Shown here piece after piece: positions 13,056 to 27,300 of a DNA stretch of 64,000 nucleotides. The stretch is from Hydrolagus colliei (lineage: Eukaryota). The first letter of the stretch is position 1. Each line of letters starts with the position of its first letter. The notes under the pieces were generated by a model. It was not told the DNA's origin. It ran no database searches and saw nothing but the letters and a program-made list of their open reading frames with translations. The position numbers and the translations under genes are program-made. Location of the stretch: contig CM068756.1 of the NCBI GenBank assembly GCA_035084275.1, forward strand, positions 4,588,001 through 4,652,000, in the 5' to 3' direction.

Positions 13056-16000
13056 AAAACAAGAGCAACATCTTGAAACGGGTCAACATGCATAATTCGG
13101 CAGACGACCCAGGGAACTGGATAAAGGAATGCACATTATTCATTTTTAGGCAACTCACTTTCTAGAATGGGAAATTTGTCCCCTTAAGCACAGGCACCAA
13201 ATCCACAATGGTTTGAATGATGCATTTGAATCTCAAGTTTATTCAGTCTAGTAATAAAAACAACCGATTAAAAATAAACATTTCAGAACGCAGCTTTATC
13301 CAACTATTATTGTAAATTGTCAATGCCGCCATCATTTCGAATTTTTAAAAAATAGTTTAGTAGCTCAATTATCAGCATGTCTTGCCTTTTCAATGCTCAA
13401 ATACTGGAAGATTGCACCAGCACTGATCTGTGCAGCTGTGCACAATAAAGGATTTGTAAGATATTGCCGACTTGCACTTTGTTACAGAAAGGACAAAGAC
13501 AGAGGTTAAATACTGTATGGTTAGCCGTTCTTGACACGCTGCACAAAGTAACGTACCCTCCATCTGCCAATAACAGCGCCATCACCTCCGTTATGCTGCA
13601 CCCAGTCTTGTCCTCAGTTCATCACTCATTCCAGGTCAGGATACCATGGTGCAGAGATAAGAATGTTTGTTCGACATGCTCCATGTCAAAACACTCATCT
13701 ATCTTCTATATATCAAACCCCACCAGAGCAAAACGCTCTGCGAAAGATAAACGAACCTTCCCAGCCAACAGGGAAACTAGTAAACTCTTCCACAGCTACT
13801 GCTACATCACTTTTTCCTTTCTACAGTACTAGCTAAGCCCAGTTGTCAAATGGTTTTATAGCCCCTGATGGACTATTGTTCCAAAAAAATGTAAACAGGA
13901 TACCAGTGAATGACAAATTAACCTCTGCAATGGGAGCTTACAATATTTTCATTGGAATGAATGAACACAGAAGTGACATCTTGAATACCACTACCAGGTT
14001 GTGTAGTGGTATTCAAGATGTCACTTCTGGATTCTTAACCTGGATTCTTTAAGGGGTGGTATTAAAATATAGGGTTATCACCCACCCCCATTCCTCTGTT
14101 TCAATAAAGTCTAAGATATTGCTTTAAATCAGGTACAAACCCTTGACTGTCCCAGTCAGTGTCTTGGAAACATCGCCTGACATGAAAGACTCTATATATG
14201 AAATTTTATGTAGTTATTGAATCATTTTGTTTTCATTTTCCTTGATAATTTCTCTCCACACATCCCCATCCATCCCCATTTTTTCTTATTTAAAAAGATT
14301 CCAATTGCCAATATCAAATTTTTAATTAAAAAATCCCACAGAAAAGGTTTGTTCTGTCAACATCACTGCCCATATTTCTGATGTTTCTGATGTTTCTGAT
14401 TTCAGGCAATCTCTAACCACCAGTTTTGATACTTTCCAATCTTCTAAAATTGAGGAATGGCTCTAATCTTTCCAAATAAGCAAACTTATTTATTACAAAT
14501 CTTTCTACACGTTTCCAGATTTTTTGGGGATGGTCAGGAGTTACATCCCACTACTCAATGGTGGATGACAGGAAATATATCCTGCTGTTACCTAAAGGAA
14601 ACTAATAGGTTGATCGCAAAGGTTAAGATCCAAACTGCATGACAAATGCCCTCTTCATGTTTAAGCGAAATTCATCACTTCCAGCAGTAAAAGGGATTAG
14701 AAATAGGAAGTTGTGTTCAAATTGCTCCAAAGTCTTGCCCTATCCAACCCCTTCAATCCCCTGAACCCAACAGCCCCAACCGCACTCGCTGCTCAGTATA
14801 CACTGGCCTGTGTTACGTTCCTCAGCTGACCCCCTTCCCCATCGGTGGGCAAGATTCTGGAGCTCCATTCTGCTTGGACATGTCCTCTTGCCGTGAACAG
14901 TGTGATCTCAAATGCAAACAATAAACTCAGGATTGCTGTGACTGGCTTTCCAATCAAGGTCACTATCTTTCAAATATTTCTGAGGCTTTGGTGCAGTTGA
15001 ATGAACAGTGGGGAGGTTGAGGGCAGAACTTGGCTAATAAAATGCCATGTATCCACAGGTTGCCAAGAAAATGCTGAAAGGATGGCAGCCCTATTGGAGA
15101 GGTTAGGCACCTCAGGAATAAGTTTTTTTTTAAAAAAATACAGGTTTTTGAAGTACTGTATTTCAAAATACTTACGGATAAGAATATTGTAGGACGCTAC
15201 CCGAGATAACTATTTGGAGTTAGCCGTGCCAAATCAGTGCATGCATAAAACAATACAAGCCGTGTAGAATTCCAAGCATGCTTCTTAAAACAGGAGGAAC
15301 AATTGATGAAACAAAGCCCCACATGAAATTTAGTAAAAAGAGGATCAAACGTAAAATTACTGAGGTATGAAATTAGTCCTTAGCAGATGAATAAGTGTCT
15401 CTCAACTGTGAAATAAAAAGCAATCCAAATATCCATCTGTCAACCTCTCAATAAGAAATTGGGAAAATGCCTCAGATTTGTTTTTAGTGTTAAAGGTTAA
15501 ATCGGAAAGTTTAATCTATATATTAAGAGGTATAGTCCGAGTCCTGGCCTTTGCCTGGCGGTCTATGGCCGGGTATTCCTGTAAGCAAAGCACATCCTTT
15601 AATCCATCAGAAGAGAAATTACCTGCCTGCCCAATCATTTTCCTGGACTGTATCAAATTTACACACTCACCACTAGATTAATATATATCAGCCGAGAAGG
15701 TGGCCATCTGGAAAATAGTTTCCAGTAACTTTCTTTTCTAATGGTGCCAATCAGGCATTTGAGCCAGCCAGCAACAGTTACTGATGCTAGGATGAGTTGG
15801 GTGATTGTCCTAAAGCATTCTAGGCTTAAACAACAAAGAGGGGGGAAAAAGACTTACCATGACAGAAGTAAAGGTGAATGACAAACGTGGCTACAGTTAC
15901 TAAATCAAGTGAGGTCTAGTGAGCAAAGTTCATTCTGGCTAACGCGGAAACAAATCAAAATTAGTCATTTGTTTTTCGAAGAAATAGTTTTTCAGCTAAG

Positions 16001-16101
16001 CATACGTCGACGAGTACTTTAAGGGTTAAAATAAGTAAAAATAAGTCATGTTTTTCTTAGTTCTTGTTGCAGACAGACACATGGGAAAGGGAACCTTATA
16101 C

Positions 16102-16281
16102 CTTTCATGTTATTTCCCTGCCTTTGTGGTTTTCTTGATGTGAAACTCAATGATCCATTATCTGCAAGAATATTGGACACTACTAATAGCTGAAATGATC
16201 TTTCATTATCAGCTGTAACAAAGTCCATTTTGCTGCCTATCTCAGTGTCTATAGCAGTCGCTGATTTGTTTGCTTCACTAC
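16102..16281 (-). CDS. Possible internal coding exon (G-SEANKSATAIDTEIGSKMDFVTADNERSFQLLVVSNILADNGSLSFTSRKPQRQGNNMK-G)
   Basis: 180 bp, symmetric phase 1-1, open frame, ttaatgcag|GT...AAAG|gtataa. Both splice sites are weak. Confidence 0.35.
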
Positions 16282-16994
16282 CTGCATTAATGCAATTTGG
16301 TTATCTTATCTCTCCATCAGCCCCGAGTCTCTCCATCCAATTGGACCCAGTTCCATCATCTGACCCTAAAATTATCAGAATAATTCCTATCACTGGGATC
16401 ATTAACCAAATACTGTAAGATATCCAGGCTGTTTACTTTTGATAAAGTCGCAGAAAATAGCAGTGACTGTCAGCACCATTTATCTAAGAAATAGATTTCT
16501 TTTGTTCTCACGCACGTTCAGCGCTGTACAACAGAAATATTTCTGATAAGTTTATTTCTGAATCATTTTAAAGTACCACATTTAAAAAGATCAAGGGGCA
16601 AGATTAAATGGGGCACATCAACCTTGCAAAATGGGTCAAGCTTTTTTTTACATGGGAAATAAGTCAAAATGAGGTTTAGTATTTCAGCACAATGTAGGAT
16701 GTGTATCTTTAATCCTGTCACTTCCAGTTACAGTGAATAATGGGTTTGTTATTCCCTCCCCCCAACTCCAAACACACACACACCCCTCCCACCTTTTCAC
16801 TTAAGGAGTGATCATTGCATGAGCAGATAAAAACCGCAAACAGTAACTATCCATTAACAATGATAGAAGCCAGCTCTACAATGGATGCCACAATTGGCCT
16901 CAGTATCTTTGAATCTTTGAGAGGGTAAGGGGAAAAATGGGGGGGGGGGGGGGGGGAGGAAATCTAGGGTTCCTGACCAACTGTACAGTGATGA

Positions 16995-17213
16995 ACACAG
17001 AAGTTACTGGGAACACAAGTCAGGCAGCATCCATGGAAAGAAAATTTGTTAACGTTTCAGGTCTATGACCTTTTCGTCAGAACTGAAGAAAGGTCATAGA
17101 CCTGGAACGTTAATTCATTTTCTCTCTCCGTGGATGCTGCCCAACCTGCTGTGTGTTCCCAGTGACTTCTATGTTAATACCAGATTTCCAGCATCTGCAG
17201 TACTTTGCCTTTC
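16995..17213. mobile_element. Penelope-like (PLE) non-autonomous palindromic element with two back-to-back minimal hammerhead ribozyme cores
   Basis: ~90-bp imperfect inverted arms centred at ~17081. Minus core CTGACGA-AA-AGGTC.ATA.GACCT-GAAAC-GTT-AAC; plus core CTGAAGA-A-AGGTC.ATA.GACCT-GGAAC-GTT. Tail cagatttccagcatctgcagtactttgc resembles chondrichthyan PLE termini (from recall). Confidence 0.75.
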
Positions 17214-19569
17214 ATCTACTATTCAGGGACCCTACCCGGCATTTATGGATTTCAGACTAGGACAGAACCTGGCACGACCGTTCTGTTGTTTGCACGTGAA
17301 GAAAACTGTAAACACCCGGAACTTAGGCTCAAGCAGTGAAATGGAATCGTGGACTAAATACCAGAGGTTTGTTGGCTCCCCAAATAGGAGCCCAGCAAGC
17401 AAGAGGCACTGGCTTCAGGGGCAGTAGAGAAGGGGTGGTGGGGGGTTGCGGAGAAAGGAAAAAAACATGCACACACACATACAACACAAATATAAAGACC
17501 TCACCAAGAACAACACTGCTAAGAGGCTGATGGGGCAAAAAAAGCACACTGTGTAATAAAGTGAAAGTTGATGTACAGATGTTATAAATAAACCGTGAAG
17601 GGCAGACATTCAACAACTTTAAGTGATATTTTCAATTAAAAAAATTGAGCCAGGTGTTTGAGCCCCATTTTCCCACCGTAAAATCAAGATTTGTGTATAG
17701 TATTTCACAAATGGACAGCTCACATCAAAACTCACTCCGAATGGTTTTAAATGTTTTAAATGGGGGGGTGGGGGTGGGGGGGGAGGACGGGGAGTGAGGG
17801 TTGGTGGGTGGCAGGGGAAGCACATAAAGTGGTTCAAAATTGAAATATTCTGCTTATTTATTGGCAAGACGAGTTAATGTTAAATTCTAAACAGGCTAAA
17901 TTCTGATTCAACACGTTCATTCGCATATGGTCTACATAATCCATGTGTTTGTTTGCGTTTAGGCTATTTTTCACTTGCCCACTTACTGTAGGCAGCATTC
18001 GCATCATGCTCCTCCAGGTTAGAACAACTTCACAGTTCCCTCAACTGCTTATTGAGAAATTCCCTACCAATCTCTGTAATGATATCTTCCAACGAGAGAG
18101 AGAGAGATAGTGCATTCACCAATTTCTCTTTGTGTGGTTGGCTATACTGGAGGGCACTAGCATGACATGGTTTCCCAAATCCTGTACCATTGTTGGGGTT
18201 TGTACCGTGACATTTTCTTACCAAAAAATCCAGAGAACACACAGACAGATGGTCTTTCTCCCACTAAAAAAAACAACCGGACAATGACCTGGACATCTTC
18301 CAGGTCATCTTCTGATATCAGCAACCTGACGACCTGGATGTTGGTCTTTTTTTTAGCTAGCAAAAAAGCTAGGAGGCATTTTGAAGTGTGCAAGGAATAT
18401 TGGGTCCCATCAGAGCACTGCTTAGGATTTTATGGCACTTTAACCACCACGATATAACCTGGCTCCACTACAGATGATAGAGATCCAGCAGACATGGTCC
18501 AAGACTGCAGAAGCACCAAACCTGCAGTAACCCCTTCAAACATGGCTGCTGAAAGCCAAGAACATGCCTCTTGAAAGAAACTAATCTTTTCAAAGTCAGG
18601 GGGAGAAAGAGAACTCAAAGCCACACGGCCATGAATCCACAGTTCTAAGATAAGTTGAAATGCTCTGGTTTATGTCGTCCAGTCCTCGTGATTACACGGC
18701 TTTAAGAACTTTTGAGAACTTATCTCGAATGACTCGACACAAAGTGAGCGTGTTTGAATATTAAAATGAAGTATCTAAAGGCATACCTCGGGACAGAAGT
18801 GTGAGGCAGATAGGAGCTTAAGATTGCTCTTAAATTAAGTGAACTTTTCTTTCACAAATTCAGGAACAGGTTCAAATATGATGATACCCTCCAGATTTAT
18901 TTTCAAACAAAATACACTTTTCCTTTACAATCAAAGTCCTTTAGGAAATACAAACGCACATGCACACACGTATTAAAACACAAATCTTCAAGACAAGTGA
19001 AACAAAATATAGGACCTGTCCCCAAAAGGCGACAGAAAAGGGATTGTTTCAACCTGAAATGTGAGTCAAGAGTCAGACAACCAATCCTCAATTACTCCTC
19101 ACCCCCAACAATGCTCTCACGACATTAACTTGAATCAATGAGTGTCTCTTCAAACAGCCTTACCCAAATTCCAAAAAGTTAAACTTGCCGTCATATGTCT
19201 CTGCCAATAATGCCAAGGCGACTCGGGAATGAAAGCATCAGTGAAGTTTAAACCACACCATCTGAACAAGATCATTGTGCTCCACTTGGCTTTTTGACTT
19301 CTTTGCAACTGGAGCTTTTCCTTTGTCCCGTCCATTTCCCTTAACTTACCAGATAACAGTAATGTGATCAGCATTAAAATCTGCCTTTTATTTTCTTGGT
19401 GATAGTGCGTTGGATAAAGAATTGAGTTGCTGCTTACTGCAAGTGAATTTCCCTTAACACATTGGTTTTAATATTATCCAATTAATAGTTATTCCAGGTA
19501 AATGGTAACAGCAGTTATTACAAGAAAAAAAGGAATATATTCTATTTTTAAAGACACTAAAAGGAATTA

Positions 19570-19930
19570 ATAGTAATAATACTTGCTTATCATGTTATCA
19601 AGACCTCAAAGTGCTTCCCTGGATTTTACTGGGAGGTACAGTGATACATATTTGTAGGTGATTACAGCAGCAAATTTGCCCACAAGAAGGTCCCACAAAT
19701 AAAGTGAATGAACAATTTATTTTGGGGGCTGTAATGTCCACTTGAACAAGCAGGTGGTATCTTGCTTTAACATCACAACAGAGGACAGCACCTCAAACAA
19801 TGCATTACACCTTCAGCACGACATTAGGAGGGGGAGGCTCAGGCGAAACAGAGTTCAAAGTCCTGACGCAGATCTTGAACCCACAACTTTCTGCCTAAGA
19901 GCCAAGATTGCTACCAACTGAACCATATTG
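19570..19930 (-). mobile_element. Old Deu-domain SINE
   Basis: Minus head tggttcagttggtagcaatcttggctcttaggcagaaagttgtgggttcaag, with a degenerate Deu core and tail. Related fragments lie at about 35300-35400, 38140-38250 and 61140-61360. Confidence 0.65.
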
Positions 19931-22900
19931 ACAGCTGGGTCGGCATTTGCCTTGCAGTACACCAGAGGAACTTTCCTACACAAGATAGTCTTGTAATAGT
20001 TACAATATACTGAAGAGGAATGGACTGTCTGTGTCTGAGATCACAGAAAAACAGGAAATGGAAGATAAATGATGCACGTCAAGGAAGGAAGAGATAGAAA
20101 GTCAAAAGGAATAAAGGAAAGGGAAATAATATAACAGATGGAGATGAACAGACAACATTTATAAATAACCTGTTTAATGCTGCATTTTAAAAAACTAAAA
20201 CAATAGTTTTAAAGCATTATTTCCATTTCATTTATTTTTTTCTCTCAAATCATTTGATTTTAATTTGCACTGATAAGATAAGGTTTTTATTTTAAAATTG
20301 CATGCGCACAAGTTGTTTCCCCCCTAAAATCTGGATAAGCAGAATTAAACATGTAACATACCATAACTATAGCCTCAAAATAGTCTATCTATTTTACAGA
20401 ATATCCTGTGAAGCACTGTGAGATGTCTTGATGTGATATCGTGTTCTATCATATGCAAGGATTATCATTAATTAAATATTACTCCTTTATAATGTATGTG
20501 TCCTCAAATTTATATTGCACTATACAACAACTGCACATTTAGTTTCAGATGAAACAAATTGTGTTAACCCATCACAAATATATATGCACAGAAAATTGAA
20601 AAAATAGATGCATCCAAATTGTATAATGTTCCATTTTGAAATTATAGAAACGTAAATTTCCCTTTATTAATAATGTATTAACAATTAGCACTTCAACTCC
20701 ATCTTTATCCATCCAGAATGTCGCTCCCCTGCAGTTTCACAGTTATATTTCTAAAGGGTATATATTTGACAATGGTAGAGAAGAGAATTAGCAGACAAAT
20801 GGTGAAACTGATCTGCAGCACAGGAATGCATACAACCTTTAGCACTTCCCACTATGGAGAAGGTTGGTATGCTTATTCTGGAACATACTAGTTAACCCTC
20901 AAGACATTTCTGTTTGAAAATATATTTTCTGACAATTGATGGTCAACAAATGGTTTAATTAACAGTTCTGGCATGTGTCCAAAAATGTTTTAAAAATAGG
21001 ACAAACCTTTTATTAATATGGGATTGAAGTAGTTAAGGAATTTCTAAAGCCAGTAGCTCCCCAGTATATGTATGCAATACAGGGGTGCTTGTGTTTTGAT
21101 TTCTATCAACCACAAAATAGTTTCTTTGTACCTTAGTCCTTGTCTATTACACAATCCAGTCTCCTGTCCCTTAACAATGTAGGGAAAATAGAATTTATAG
21201 CCCAGAAAATGGGAGCAGCAATTCTAAACAACAGTATCTTTATTTCCACCAACCTCCCACCTGCCTGCGTCTGATCTGTAGACGTGATTAAGTTTCAGAT
21301 CAAGAATATTTCAGAAAGGTAACCCCTTCAGCGGCACAACCCAATAACTTGGTTTGAACCAATGTTCCCACATGTGCAAAGTATTGTGAAAGAAATACAA
21401 AGTAGTCTTAATTGAACTTGGTAAAATGGTGCTTAAAATCAATTCAAAGGAAACGCTGATCACTGAAGCATACAGATTTAGGTGCCCACTACAATAAATA
21501 GGCCTACTCTTTAAAATTTCAATACAAATTATTCCTCAAATAATGTTCTACTTTAAAGAGGAAGCTACATTCGGACATCTAAACTTCTATCAGCTCGACA
21601 TATCTTTTATTTAGAGAACAAAAAGCATTTACCCCACACGGCGGCATTAAATCAGTTTTTTTCTGCATGTTCTTTCAAATTAAAATTGAGCAACGCACAG
21701 AGCAGGCCTCTTGTTGCAGGGGGTAGAACACATTTAACCAAAACAAAGTCACAGATCAGATTGACATCACTGCCTGGGATTACGCCGTCCACAAACATAC
21801 AGTTAATTAACTTTACAGTATATTCTGTGAAGTGCTTTGAGACGTCTAGAAGACTTGAAAAGCACAATATCAAATGCAAGGATTATTATTATTATTATTA
21901 TTAATATAACACAGCTCTGGGAGGCTGATCAGTTCTTGCTCTTCAGCATTGCCTTTCTTGCTTTGCAGCTCATGGCGAGGCACGGTTTCTGACCTACGAT
22001 GCTTACTGGGTGGGGGGTGGAATCACTAGGAACATCCATAAACATGGAAAATAAGTGAATCAGTTTACCTTTACTCTCAAATACTTTAATTTTGGATCAA
22101 GCTATCAGGATTATTATTTTTACATTTTTTTTAGCAAACAATCTTACAAACTGTTTGCGAAACTCCCATTTTTTGGTACAGGCACAAATTGCACACGTCA
22201 ATCAAGCTGGAGGGTGGGTGGTATCTAAACCAAACAAGCTTTCAAGATTAAGTGGGATATCCTGTATAAGTATCCTAAAAGTCCTTTTCCACTGAACTAT
22301 CAGATTTCACATTTAGACAGAGACGCTTCTATGATGTTCCATCTGACTGGGCTCCTCTGCAACCAACAAACAATTCTATTCTCGGAAGCGCATCTGTATA
22401 ACCTGGTTAGATATCCTCAGTCGCCCTATAATGTGCTTCAAAATGATTTAACTTTACCCTCTTGTGAATCACACAATCAGATTATTCCAAAGGTAATAAC
22501 TGCAACACAATAGCCCAGCCTAATTATGATTGCATATTACATTTAGCTGCCATTATTAAGGTTCCAACACTATAATACATTTGTAGATATATATATCTCA
22601 ATACACAAGAATACAAAAGATCTATCAGTGAATATTGGAGGTTCAACTAAAACATTCCCTTGGTTCAGCTCATTTGAATTTATGAATTACATTACAGTCC
22701 CATTGTAGATTGTCCCATTGATCTAAGGAATGATATGTTGAACTGCAAGTTGCAGGTCACATTTCACATTGTGAGGAAATGCATTAAAAAAATCTATAAT
22801 TCTGTAGAAATTTGGCTTTTAAAATATAAACAGGCACAAAACAGAAGACTCCTCACTTATTACAATTACATCAGATGTTTTTATTTCCCTCAATCTTTGA

Positions 22901-24159
22901 GTGCTCCAAGCGAACACAAGATCAAATCTGAGGCAAGGTTAGTCATGGATTCATTGTCCCTAGTTATACACGTCAGGTTACAGTGCCCTGGTTGCACCTA
23001 GTTATACATTAGTCATGATTACACTGGCTCTAGTTATAAATTGATCTTGATAAGTTAATAGGTTATCTCTGTCAGCAACAAGTTATATGTGCGACATTTG
23101 TCCTTCCACAACTAAACAAAACAATGCACAACTGATCAAAAATCCACATCATCAAACTGTACCCCTTAGGAAGCCCAAATCTTCATCCAACAATTCAATA
23201 TGCAGAGGAAATATTCTAACTGTTGAGGGATGTCAGAAGGAAGTGTGAGAGGAACTGGGATCTGTGATTAGCCTGTCAAAGATATCATGACTAAGACCAC
23301 TGCAATATCCTTTGCTGAGGAAATGTTAGTGACGTCACTGAACGCAACATGGGGATGGATACAAAATACTCCCCCTCCTTCCTCCAATCTACAACGAGAA
23401 CTAACAGTGATGGAAAACAGGAAGACAGGTGTCAAAGTAATTTCTGGGAAAGGAAAAACAGATCCAGGAAAACCAAAACAATATGCATGTCAAATGAAGA
23501 GTACAAATGGGAAGTTACCAGGCACATTGCTGTAACTGATTCAATATTCATAGCTATATCAAGTGCAAGGATTATTATTGTCTCCAATAAACTGTACACT
23601 TGGACATATGCGATTGGATTACAATGGTTATTTGGTAACCAGTTTTTAGCTTTCTAATGAACTTCTATATATTCCCCACTTTAGTTTTGAAACCAAGTCC
23701 TTGATTTTGGACAGTGCAGCAACATAAAGAGTTAAAACAACAATGAAAGGGAGTCATTCGCTTGACACATTAGGTTCTTACTCAGGATCCAGAGCCACCA
23801 GTTTCATTTCGATTCTGCCCTGGTAGCAAAATTCCGAAATTTCTGAAATGCTTCAAGGAAATCTTGCCTTAGCAACTTCCTCTTTTAGTCATCTCAAATA
23901 ATCACGTGCACTTTCGGGGTTATTTGGGTTTCCCCTTTCTCATACTCTTTCCCTGCTCCCTCAAAGAATAGAATTATCTTTGTCTCTGAGCCATAAGAAC
24001 ACTGATCCTTGTTCATCTCTTTCCTCCCTACCACAAATATCTTTACATTTTTATAAAGACACTATGCCAAACAATAGAGAACAAAGTTTGGTCTTACCAA
24101 TTCTTCTAGAGAAATATAAGAATCTGCTTTGTCTTGTTTTATGGGCCCAAAACAGGGCA

Positions 24160-24373
24160 AAACCATGGACAAGTTTTCTTACTCCACACACCTGATAATA
24201 ATCTCTCAAAAAAAACCAATAATAAATTGGTCATTTCAATCTAGACTGTTTACAGGACAATGCTGTGCGCTATTGGCTGCCGTGTTTCGCCCACAATATA
24301 CAGTCAATTCACTTTACAGTATGTATATTCTGTGAAGTGCTGTGAATCAAATGCAAGGATTAGTATTATTATT
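24160..24373 (+). mobile_element. 5'-truncated copy of the same SINE family
   Basis: Body and tail match 10396-10721. Further 3' fragments lie at about 1560-1770, 8080-8170, 11805-11870, 20395-20470, 21790-21905, 37205-37300, 37995-38130, 45370-45480, 46280-46400, 47925-48060, 51880-51980 and 59270-59365. Confidence 0.85.
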
Positions 24374-27300
24374 ATCAAAACAATCTATGTGTCTCGATAT
24401 TGTACAATACAAATCTTTCATGGTTTTGTCAACTCATACATCGGAATTTTCTCCTGTACCTGATCCATATCCATTCATCATACAACTAAAATGAAAGCAG
24501 AGTTAAGTCTTACCTTATATTTCACAATATGAAATGCGATTTGCCATTAAATCTGGCACATTGACAGTCCAAAGTGATGTGGGTCAGTGACCAACATTCC
24601 ACAGAGAATCCTGCTTTCCCACACATCTTGATACACATTTCACTAACATTTAGACAGAAAAAAAGTATGAACATTAATTGCACTCATCACAACTATCTAA
24701 TTGGATTTACACTCATTGATAAATGCTTTAACTTTTATTTAAAAAAAAATTATGTTCTAATCCTTTCCAGATTAATTCAATTCCTTTTTTAAAAAAAACT
24801 GGTAAATGAAAATTCACATTTTGTTTTTGTGCAGCAACCTTTACTGGTACTGTACATTGTAATAAATGTTTTGAACAAGCTTCGTCTGTCCAAGAGGTCT
24901 TGCCTGTCGACGGTGTAGCCCTGTTGGGTGTTTCTTGATTGGATAACCAGTGAGGTGGAGATAATTAAAGACCAAAGATACTATGTCTATCTACAGTCCA
25001 GTCATAATGAAATTCTCTATCGTAGCTGGGCATCTTGAACTAGCAAGGGCTGCACAATTTGTAAGAAAGATAAAATGGCACCCTGCATATCAGCTCTGTC
25101 CTTTGATCAAACTTTTTTTTGTTGAAACAGCTTTCACTGAAAAAGCAGCAGTAAAACTCTTCTGCACATCCAATGACTAAATATAGACAGTTACTTCAAT
25201 TTGATCTCTTTCAAAAAGGCAGCAGAAAGATGACAGGATAATACCTAGTCAACTGTTCCTAGTTAATGTGGGAAAGTTATGTAGTTAAAACGCAGTAAAA
25301 CCATTGCAGTCATTTGAAGGTTAGCTTAAATGTAGTTTTTATGCTGCATTTGAACTATACATTGCATGCATATATATTACAGTACAACAACAAAATTACA
25401 TTTGCATCATGCTTTTCACGTAGGGAGGACGTCCCAAGACGCTGGACAGTCAGTGTTTCAGATTTGAGCTGAAGGTTGGGATCGGGAATGGTGGATCCCC
25501 CCAAAATATTAAATACGTTTTTAAAATAATCCAATTGTTTTTACTGTATATAGCATATTCAGAGCATTCCTATATCTCTTTTCTTTCTCTCTCTCTCTCC
25601 CCCTGCTTTGTAATACTGTATTGGCAGCAGGAAAAAGTGCTATACTGTATTATTCCAGATTTAAGCAAGGAAAGAAAACAAGACTCCATTAAAGATAGGA
25701 TCTTCTTGTAGCAGCAGTGTCTTCTGACAAATTGCTGTCTTTTTAAATGTCTCTGTCATCAATACTCACTGCATACTACTCTAGTCACGTGTTTTATGCC
25801 GAGGGATTATTTGAGAACCTATGAATAAAGTTCCCTTTCTCATTTTGATAAAATTTTGATTGACAGCTGCACTATATTTACAGCAAATAATGGCAGACGT
25901 GATTGGATTTACCAGTCATCAGATGCTGCATTGCATGATGGGCAGCAAATGAAAATGAAAACTACTGATCAACCTGAATTTGTATTGAAGATTTCAGCTG
26001 ATTTCCTTCTGTCCTTTCCTCGTCTGAAGTCAGCTCTTGAATCTTTCCTCAACTACTGTGTCTGAGGTCAAACTTACAGCCTTCCAGGTGCACAATGGCT
26101 CCGTTTCAATGCCTTTTGTCACTGTTTTCAAAGTGGGGGGGGGACGGGGAGGACTTTTCTAGGTTGTATCTATCACTTCACACTGTTATTTGTCAGAGCC
26201 TACAGGTGTGATTTGCAAGAGAGAATGGGCTAACAATCCCCCCACCGTACCTACGCATACATCCCCCGCAGCAGCGTGAAAAAAAATCCCAAATTGGCTG
26301 AGGGCAGACAATTATGTCTGGGGTCTATAGCTATAAATTACACTTTATTGTAATGTGCTGCAGCCGTACAATGTGCAGGTTAAGATGTCTACTTCTCTTC
26401 TGAAGCAAATGCAAAAGCAATGTAAATTAAAACATTTTAAATTGAACAATTTACAGAGTCCTTTGTAGCATATCAATGATCAAGTAGAATTCATATTGTC
26501 TAAGTCTTTTTTTTACAAATAATCTTCAAGTTTTCAACCATTCACTTTGAAACAGTGGGGTGGCAATATTTAGAAATTATGGCCAATCGATTTATTTATA
26601 TAACTCTTAATTGCGGTCCCATGATAGTGAAAATTCAAAGATAAAGTACAAAAGAAAAGCTTTTAATGCAGACTTTTTTTATTACTGCCCACCCCTCCCC
26701 CACCCTCACCCCCAATACACACATACTCGATGAAAACAACCGTGAAATTAAAAGAAACTACATCATTGATTCCCATCCCACACATCTGGCAGTGTACAAA
26801 CGAAAGCATCTGAATAATCTAAATAATTTATCCCTCTTGCCGCATCAGAACAACTCGTACAGCCACAGACTGTAGTGTTCTCTCTGATACCAGACCTTGG
26901 GCTTTTTTTGGAAAACAGATCTCAGGGGGAAAAAAAGGGAGTGAAAAAGATAAATGAAGAAACAAAAAGAGTTTTCATCTTTTAATATAATTCCCTGAAT
27001 GCAGAGAATATTCCCAATATTCAGTTTGCGTTTGAGACTGTATCCAGAAGTGCATTGGGAGAATAAAAAATACCTTTTTAAATCCTTGAGCATTTCAGAC
27101 ATAAGTTGTAGATATCTCAAGTCTCCCTTGTTAGTAGAGGTGGCTGTTCCAGGATTTTGCCTTCTCCATATCAAAACTTGAGCAAACCTTATCTTTTGGA
27201 AACTTTCCCACCTCCCCCCAACCCTCACCCCGCATCCCCTCTCCCACCCCGAGATTCATACTCTTAGACATTTCCTCTCTTAGCTAATATGGTGGGAGGA

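Noticed and set aside
19350-19436. 87-bp phase 1-1 candidate exon with strong GTAAGT donor
   Set aside because: AT-rich, unremarkable peptide and modest acceptor; cannot be distinguished from chance.
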